From an uncultured Actinomycetes bacterium (GTDB lineage Bacteria; Actinomycetota; Thermoleophilia; Gaiellales; Gaiellaceae): a DNA stretch of 64,000 bases. The notes below the pieces were generated by a model that saw only the letters and a list, made by a program, of their open reading frames with translations, made no database searches and was not told where the DNA came from. How positions within the stretch are numbered: position 1 is the first letter of the stretch; the number at the start of each line of letters is the position of its first letter. The stretch spans positions 67,137 to 131,136 of the forward strand of contig CAWIKS010000002.1 of NCBI GenBank assembly GCA_963836685.1, in the 5' to 3' direction. Below are positions 59,246 to 64,000 of the stretch, one piece after another. The position numbers and the translations under genes are program-made.

Positions 59246-59766
59246 TCGTCCGCGGCGTCTCCGGGCGCATCCTCGACACCGACGATCCGAGGCCGGAGGA
59301 CTGGACCTCGAGAGCATCGCCTGGGCGCTGTCGAACATCTGCCGGTGGGGAGGCCAGACCCGCCGGATCGTGACCGTGGCGCAGCACTCCTGCGTCGTGT
59401 CCGACTTCCTCGCCGCTACGGGCGCGCCGGGGCACGTCGTCCGCGCCGGCCTGTTGCACGACGCCGGGGAGGCGTACGTCGGCGACCTGAAGTCCCCGCT
59501 CCGGACCGCCAAGTTCGACCGTATCGAGGCCGGAGTGCTCCGCGCGGTCGGCGAGCGGTTCGGCTTCGAGCTCGACCGATGTACCCCGCGGTCAGGGACT
59601 GGACTACCGTTCCAGGCGCCAGGAGGCGGAGCAGCTCATCTCGAGGTCGTTCGCTGAGCAGGTCGTGCCGGGCGTCGAGCCCATCCCCGGCCTGATCGAG
59701 CCTTGGGGGAGGCGCCGGTCCCGGGCGGAGCTCCTCAGGCGCTGCCGCGAGCTCGGCATCGGCTAG
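59242..59766 (+). CDS. HD-domain phosphohydrolase (YfbR-like), about three apparent frameshifts
   Basis: The ATG overlaps the previous stop (ATGA). VAQHS...LLHDAGEAYVGDL metal-binding motifs are in ORF 59370..59657. The N- and C-terminal parts are in other frames, stop TAG 59764-59766. Confidence 0.7.
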
Positions 59767-59925
59767 CCGAACCGCCGAAAAGGGCCTCCCGGAGGCTCCT
59801 GCGGGGCCGCACAGAGCCCCGTGGGGCTGCCGGTCCTCGCCTGAGACCGTTGCGCCAGGCGACGAGGTCGGCACCAACCGGGAGCTCTGTGTGAGTCGGG
59901 CTTGGTGCGGGCTATGCGCGACGAA

Positions 59926-60141
59926 CTAGACAGCTGAGGCGATCTTCCGAGGCTTGCCGGCAGACTTGCCCAGGTCGTCCGAGACCCTCGCCAAGGCATC
60001 GAAGTAGACGGCATAGCGGCGTTGCGTCCCGGGCTTGCCGCTCAGATACACGCCGATGCCGCTCCTCGTGATGCCGTTCTTCCCGCGCCGGACGGAGACT
60101 GGGAGGGAGCCGCTCTTCAAGGCGAGATTCATCGTGCTCAC
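59926..60141 (-). CDS. Hypothetical basic small protein (gene Y of the lower-GC module)
   Basis: 71-aa ORF, K/R-rich, with good third-position GC. Its GTG overlaps the reconstructed stop of the upstream gene (GTGA). Confidence 0.5.
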   Translation of the reverse strand: MSTMNLALKSGSLPVSVRRGKNGITRSGIGVYLSGKPGTQRRYAVYFDALARVSDDLGKSAGKPRKIASAV

Positions 60142-60604
60142 GGCGTTCGGGCTGCTATGCGCGAGTCGTTTCGGATCTTCTTTGTTGGTCTACGAACGCC
60201 CGCTGCCGAGCTGTGAGTTTCTGCGCGCGGACGCGTAGCGTGGGTGAGGTTGTCCTTTGCCTTCTTCTCGAGATCCAGATCCGTGACAACGAGGTCTCCG
60301 CCTGCTCCGAATAGCGAGCGCCTGACTCAAAGACGGGCGTCTCGGTATCCCCAGTGACGACGGGTGGTACTGCAGGTAGGCCTGGTAGCGACGGCTCTTT
60401 GGTCACCACGGCGTTCCTTGCGCCTTCACCAGCCCAGAATTCCTTTTCGGCCTGCTGTTGCAGGTGGTTGGCATCGAAGCTGACGCACCGAACGACCTCC
60501 GACAGGAACGTCTCGAGCGCGACCGCTGATCGGAAGAACGAATCCTCGACTTGCCGATTCGCTGATCCGCAGGCAACGCCTGTGCACGATCGCAGGCAGC
60601 GCAC
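60138..60604 (-). CDS. Hypothetical protein (gene X of the lower-GC module), probable frameshift
   Basis: ORF 60155..60604 reads plausibly to about 60310 (VEDSFFRSAVALETFLSEVV...). A second frame then gives GGDLVVTDLDLEKKAKDNLTHA... ending at TGA 60138-60140. Confidence 0.4.
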
Positions 60605-60732
60605 TACGCCGAGAGCTCGTCCAGGAACGGAAGCTTGCTACGAGCTAAACCCGCTGTCTTTTCGTCTACCCTTGGGCCCTGCTCCACGACTCTCTCTCAC
60701 CCAGAGCGTTTTGTGTGCCGCTGTGCTATTGC

Positions 60733-60760
60733 TTGACAATTCACGCATTGTGTCTAAGCT
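60733..60760 (+). promoter_or_regulatory. Candidate sigma-70-type promoter for the wHTH/ATL gene
   Basis: TTGACA (60733-60738), a 16-nt spacer, then TAAGCT (60755-60760). RBS GGGAGAG and ATG 60791 lie downstream. The -10 overlaps the palindrome CTAAGCTTAG. Confidence 0.45.
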
Positions 60761-60790
60761 TAGTAGCACACATCCGACCAGGGAGAGCAA

Positions 60791-61495
60791 ATGCCAGCTA
60801 CACCGGAAGTCTCCCCGACCCGAGCAGCGCTCGCGCCATCTTCGCAAGGCGGCCCGCGGCGCAGCCCGTATCTTCGAGACGCTCGCCGACGACCTCGCCT
60901 CGGAGTTCGGCGGCGCGGTCGTCGACCAGGAGCCCGACGTCCGCGTCCGCGGCGAGCGGCAAGCGCAGATCCTCCAGATCCCCGAGCTGTTCTCGACCCG
61001 CGGCCTGACCGTCGCCGAGATCAGCCGCGCCATCAGCTACGACGAGGCGAACTGCCACACGGCAGTCGCCCGCTCGAGAAGCAGGGCCTGCTCGAGATCG
61101 CCTTCGACGGACGGCCGCGGCGCTACCGGCTCGCGATCGAGTACCGCCGGAACAAGATCCTTCGGGCGGCGCGGGCGATCCCGCACGGCAGGTGGGCCTC
61201 ATACGGCGACGTCGGCGTCGTCGCGACCTCGGCCCGGAACGCCGCCCGCGCGGTCGCCCGCTCGGCGGCCCACAACCCCGCGTTCCCGAACCCGTGGCGC
61301 GTCCTCGACCGCGACGGCGCGATCCCCGACGGCTGGCGCGGCTACGGCGGCGGCCCCGAGAAGTGCCGCGAGCTGCTCGAGGCCGAGGGCATCGGGTTCG
61401 AGGGCGGCCACGCCGACCCGGCCCGCCGGATCGGCTGGGAGGAGCTCGAGGGGCTCGTCGAGGCCGACGACCAGCCGGCGGAGGCCGCAGCCTGA
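60791..61495 (+). CDS. Winged-helix plus MGMT-like (Cys-less, alkyltransferase-like) DNA-binding protein, two apparent frameshifts
   Basis: ATG 60791. The middle, in the frame of ORF 60354..61655, has ILQIPELFSTRGLTVAEISRAISYDE (wHTH). The C-terminus in ORF 60791..61495 has IPHGRWASYGDVG...ARAVARSAAHNP..PNPWRVLDRDG...LLEAEGIGF. This matches the MGMT DNA-binding domain with Trp in place of the active-site Cys. Confidence 0.65.
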   Translation: MPATPEVSPTRAALAPSSQGGPRRSPYLRDARRRPRLGVRRRGRRPGARRPRPRRAASADPPDPRAVLDPRPDRRRDQPRHQLRRGELPHGSRPLEKQGLLEIAFDGRPRRYRLAIEYRRNKILRAARAIPHGRWASYGDVGVVATSARNAARAVARSAAHNPAFPNPWRVLDRDGAIPDGWRGYGGGPEKCRELLEAEGIGFEGGHADPARRIGWEELEGLVEADDQPAEAAA

Positions 61496-61519
61496 CGCTC
61501 GGCCACAGCTCCGCTCGAC

Positions 61520-61545
61520 GAGAGGCCGCCTTCGGGCGGCCTCTC
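61520..61545. terminator. Stem-loop between the convergent ATL-like gene and vsr
   Basis: GAGAGGCCGCC-TTCG-GGCGGCCTCTC, an 11-bp perfect stem with a TTCG loop. Confidence 0.6.
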
Positions 61546-61648
61546 TCGTTCGGCCCGGGCCGGGGCGCGGGGTCGAACTCCTGCGCGCTCGGGTGCTTCC
61601 CCGCGATGCCCGGCCGAGCCCCAGAGTAAGGCCTCGTCTCTTGGTGCG

Positions 61649-62092
61649 CTATTGACCCTTGTGGACCTGTCGCCTCTCGCGCACGGCCTCCGCGATCCGC
61701 TCGGCGGCGGCCTGGGGCCGCTCGTGCTCCCAGATCCGGATCGGGAGCCAGCCGGCGTCCCGGAGGCGGGCGTCGGTGTCCGCGTCCCGCTGCGTATTGC
61801 GCTCGATCTTCGCGCGCCACCACTCGGCGTTGGCCTTGGGCCAGGTGCCGTGGTCCGGGCAGCCGTGCCAGAAGCACGAGTCCAGGAAGACCGCGACCCT
61901 CGCCCGCGGGAAGATCACGTCGGCCTCGCGCCGCAGGCTGACGAGCGGCCTGCGGTGGACGAAGTAGCGCAGGCCCAGGCGGTGGAGGGCCGACCTCAGG
62001 GCGAGCTCGGGCTTCGTGTTCCGCGACGGCTGCGCCTGCATCCGTGCCCGCGCGGCGGGCGACGAGGCGAACGGCTCGGTCTCTCTCGGCAC
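61649..62092 (-). CDS. vsr: Very short patch repair endonuclease
   Basis: 3' 147 codons of ORF 61649..62236. Motifs SRNTKPELALR, DVIFPRARVAVFLDSCFWHGC, NAEWWRAKIERN and RIWEHE. Confidence 0.9.
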   Translation of the reverse strand: MPRETEPFASSPAARARMQAQPSRNTKPELALRSALHRLGLRYFVHRRPLVSLRREADVIFPRARVAVFLDSCFWHGCPDHGTWPKANAEWWRAKIERNTQRDADTDARLRDAGWLPIRIWEHERPQAAAERIAEAVRERRQVHKGQ

Positions 62093-62192
62093 GGTTACTC
62101 CCGGGGATCCTGCACGGGATGGCCGTCGTCCGTCCGCGTTATGTTCCTGGCATGGCGGCTCTCCGACAACGACGTCGACCATTCCCCCCGGC

Positions 62193-63368
62193 GTGAGCGC
62201 GATCGCCACGCGCCAGGCGGAGCTCCCGTTCGACACCGAGGCCGCAGCCGCGGCGTCGCGAGAGGACGAGCTCGACCTCGACTACCTACTTCGGGTGGAG
62301 CCGCCGCCGCCTGCCGTGGGCGGCGAGCCGATCGCGGTCGTCGACCTGTTCGCGGGCTGCGGGGGCCTGACCCTCGGCGCGCTCGAAGGGGCGCGGAGGG
62401 CGGGTCGGCCCGCGCACCTGGCGCTGGCGGTCGACAGCGACCCCGCTCCGCTGTCGGTGCTCGAGTCGACGCTCGGGGCGTCCGCCGAGAGCGTCTCGAC
62501 TGCGGACCTCGGCGCCTCGCTCTCGGCGATCGGCAGGCGCATGACCAAGGCCGAAGGCTTGCTGCTCGACGGCGTCGCGGGCGACGTGCTCCTGCTCGCC
62601 GGCCCGCCATGCCAGGGGCACTCGGCGCTGAACAACCACACGCGGCACGACGACCCGCGCAACGACCTGTACCTCGCGGTCGCGCGGGCCGCCGAGCTTC
62701 TCTCCCCGCGGGCCGTCGTGGTCGAGAACACCAGCGCGGTCGGCAGCGACCGACGCTCTGCGATGGCCAAGTGCGCCGCCGCGCTGGAGTCGCTCGGCTA
62801 CGTGGTCGACGCGCGCCGGCTCGACCTCCACCGGATCGGCGTCCCGCAGACTCGCGTCCGTCACCTGCTCGTCGCGACGCGGAACGCCGGCTTCGCGTGG
62901 GCGCTGCCCGAGGCCGCGGGCAGGAGCGTCGCCTGGGCGATCGGAGACCTCGTCGACTCGGCGGGCGAGACCCAGCTCGACACCGCCTCCATCTCGTCGC
63001 GCGTCAACCAGGAGCGGATCGAGTGGCTGTTCGAGCACGACCGGTACGACCTGCCGAACTACCTGAGGCCCGACTGCCACCAGGGCGAGCACTCGTACGT
63101 GTCGATGTACGGGAGGCTGCGGTGGGACGCGCCGGCCCAGACGGTCACGAGCGGCTTCGGGTCGATGGGCCAGGGCCGCTACGTCCACCCGCTCCGCCCG
63201 CGAACGCTGACGCCGCATGAGGCGGCGCGGCTCCAGTTCCTTCCCGACTTCCTGCGCCTCGACCTGATCGAGAAACGGGGCGCCCTCGCGCAGATGATCG
63301 GGAACGCCGCTCCGCCGCGGCTGACGATCGCGCTCGTTGAGGCTCTGGTCACCCAGGGGCTGCTCTGA
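62193..63368 (+). CDS. dcm: DNA (cytosine-5)-methyltransferase
   Basis: Motifs DLFAGCGG (I), GPPCQGHS (IV), ENT (VI), QTR (VIII), TLTPHEAARLQ.FPD and GNAAPP (X). GTG 62193 chosen. ATG 62151 plus a C6/C7 run error is an alternative start. Confidence 0.9.
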   Translation: MSAIATRQAELPFDTEAAAAASREDELDLDYLLRVEPPPPAVGGEPIAVVDLFAGCGGLTLGALEGARRAGRPAHLALAVDSDPAPLSVLESTLGASAESVSTADLGASLSAIGRRMTKAEGLLLDGVAGDVLLLAGPPCQGHSALNNHTRHDDPRNDLYLAVARAAELLSPRAVVVENTSAVGSDRRSAMAKCAAALESLGYVVDARRLDLHRIGVPQTRVRHLLVATRNAGFAWALPEAAGRSVAWAIGDLVDSAGETQLDTASISSRVNQERIEWLFEHDRYDLPNYLRPDCHQGEHSYVSMYGRLRWDAPAQTVTSGFGSMGQGRYVHPLRPRTLTPHEAARLQFLPDFLRLDLIEKRGALAQMIGNAAPPRLTIALVEALVTQGLL

Positions 63369-63375
63369 GGAGGCG

Positions 63376-63403
63376 GGGCCGGGGGCGCTGAGGCCCCCGG
63401 CCC
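63376..63403. terminator. Stem-loop between convergent dcm and the last minus-strand gene
   Basis: GGGCCGGGGGC...GCCCCCGGCCC, a 10-11-bp GC stem. Confidence 0.5.
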
Positions 63404-63416
63404 ACCCGCCCGTTTC

Positions 63417-64000
63417 CTAGGCGGCGTCGGAGGCCGCGCGGATGCTCCCGATCGCGCGCTTGACCTCGCGGAGCGTGTGGTACCGGTCCGCCATGAAGGC
63501 GGCCGTGAGCGCGACGGGGCTGAGCGCCTCGTCGAAGTGCGAAGCGAGCCACGTGGAGCCGTTCTCGAGCTGGCGGAGCCCGTTCACGGCCTCGACCATC
63601 TTCTGCTCGACCCACTCCTGGGCGGCCTGCTCGATCGCCTCGGCCTTCGTCGTCGTCACCGTCGGGGTTCGCCCAGTCGTTCATTGCGGCGAGGATCGTC
63701 TGGTAGCCGCGGAACTCGCGGTTGAGGAGCGAGGGTGTCCGCCGTCGGCGCCGTTCTCGCCGACGAGCGCTGCGGCACGGTCGCGGATCCCGTTGCCGTT
63801 CCCGTTGACGATGGGACATCGTCTCCGCCTCCGCCTCGGTGACCCACACGGGGTTGAGGCTGAGAATGGAGTACACCTCCGACGTGTCGTCGTCGCCGTC
63901 CTGGTCGACCTGCGACAGTACGGCACCGATCCCGCGGGTCTGAGCCCCCTTGCGCTTGCCCGAGCCCGAGCCCGGCTGCCGGGTGATCGTGCTGCCCGGC
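63417..64000 (-). CDS. Hypothetical protein, 5' end beyond window, about three apparent frameshifts
   Basis: A coherent translation is recovered by joining three frames: ...DTSEVYSILSLNPVWVTEAEAETMS / IVNGNGNGIRDRAAALVGENG / LLNREFRGYQTILAAMNDWANP / TTTKAEAIEQAAQEW...IRAASDAA. No domain recognised. Confidence 0.4.

Larger units (their letters stand above)
50300..64000. mobile_element. Integrated element (prophage remnant, satellite or integrative plasmid-like) inserted in comM; right end beyond window
   Basis: comM homology breaks off abruptly near 50300-50315, next to a large serine recombinase gene. Small unknown ORFs, a second serine recombinase, a RecA-like ATPase and dcm/vsr follow. No comM 3' fragment is seen up to 64000. 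Confidence 0.75.

Noticed and set aside
50300-64000. Search for attR and the missing comM 3' fragment (SGPLLDRID-type region) inside the window
   Set aside because: No reading frame after 50324 shows ComM C-terminal motifs, so the right junction must lie beyond base 64000.

Overview
High-GC, Actinomycetota-like chromosomal segment; the taxon is my guess from composition and gene order. No rRNA, tRNA, CRISPR array or riboswitch was seen by eye.

Bases 1-47,140 are a housekeeping backbone, in this order:
- gpsA, metK, a DtxR-family regulator with a ZIP metal transporter
- priA-def-fmt-rsmB-rpe, then the riboflavin genes ribD / ribE-ribBA-ribH
- rpmB, Asp23, DAK2/DegV, recG-rsmD-coaD
- yceD-rpmF-plsX-acpP-rnc-smc-ftsY
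- ffh-rpsP-KH-rimM-trmD-lepB-rplS-rnhB-yraN, htpX

The backbone carries several accessory insertions:
1. A roughly 4.1 kb TasA/SipW-type secreted-fibre cassette with a PAS/winged-helix regulator sits between ribD and ribE.
2. A ferredoxin reductase-ferredoxin-ferric-reductase-like membrane protein-ApbE operon lies divergent from a two-component system.
3. A LysR regulator sits next to a heavily frameshifted EamA transporter.
4. A dodecin gene and a Cys-rich secreted protein lie between ftsY and ffh.

Bases 47,140-64,000 are accessory. A visibly lower-GC type II restriction-modification island abuts the start of comM. comM is truncated at about 50.3 kb by an integrated element of at least 13.7 kb that runs off the window. 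The element encodes:
- a large serine recombinase and a small serine recombinase
- a RecA-like ATPase
- many small unknown ORFs, including a strongly acidic protein pair
- an HD hydrolase
- a lower-GC two-gene module
- a winged-helix/alkyltransferase-like (Cys-less MGMT) gene next to divergent vsr and dcm

Caveat: about 35 apparent single-base frameshifts interrupt otherwise clear genes, including essential ones (ffh, smc, ribBA). Many coordinates therefore span reconstructed reading frames. The sequence is either error-prone or partly decaying.
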